Shown piece after piece: positions 63,849-64,000 of a stretch of 64,000 nt of DNA (position 1 is the first letter of the stretch; the number at the start of each line of letters is the position of its first letter). The stretch comes from Lama glama (lineage: Eukaryota): positions 12,030,001-12,094,000 of the forward strand of contig CM052817.1 of the NCBI GenBank assembly GCA_028534125.1. The letters are read 5' to 3'. The translations under genes were made by a program, and so were the position numbers. The notes beneath the pieces were generated by a model. The model had not been told where the DNA came from and searched no databases. It worked only from the letters and a program-made list of their open reading frames with translations.

Positions 63849-64000
63849 GTTTGTAGACATACTCTTTATAGGGATCCAAATTCTGGCTTGTAAACTTTGG
63901 GTACATGTGACCCATTTTTAGTGTTCAAGGAGAGGTTTTGATGGAAAGTGCCCATCCTCCTCTTTGAGAAGTGACATCAGTAGAGTTGTTTCCAAGTCAA

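Overview
Mammalian (eutherian) AT-rich, CpG-depleted genomic DNA that looks intergenic or deep-intronic. It contains two 500-N scaffold gaps (4274-4773, 30481-30980). Much of the window is interspersed repeat: old L1M/L2/L3/MIR, MaLR (MLT1), ERVL and ERV1 solo LTRs, hAT-Charlie and Tigger DNA-transposon fossils, and several younger artiodactyl-type L1 3' ends. I saw no Alu, B1/B2, BovB/Bov-tA, CHR or PRE1 SINEs. Together with the L1 tails and a MER41-type LTR, this suggests a camelid (inference). I recognise no host protein-coding gene, RNA gene or CRISPR array; the only recognisable peptides in the ORF track are L1 ORF2 remnants. The most notable non-repeat signal is a compact CpG-rich promoter-like module at ~28630-29060. 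It has three tandem NRF1-like 21-mers, an ARE/AP-1 site, a STAT/ETS site, a TATA box, an Inr match and outward-facing strong splice donors on both strands, so it may be an unannotated bidirectional promoter. Several retrotransposition events are also readable: two twin-priming L1 inversions, nested insertions and a probable L1-associated deletion. I found no convincing evidence for a new multi-gene system. Repeat family names come from recalled consensus sequences and were not checked with RepeatMasker; boundaries of old repeats are approximate.
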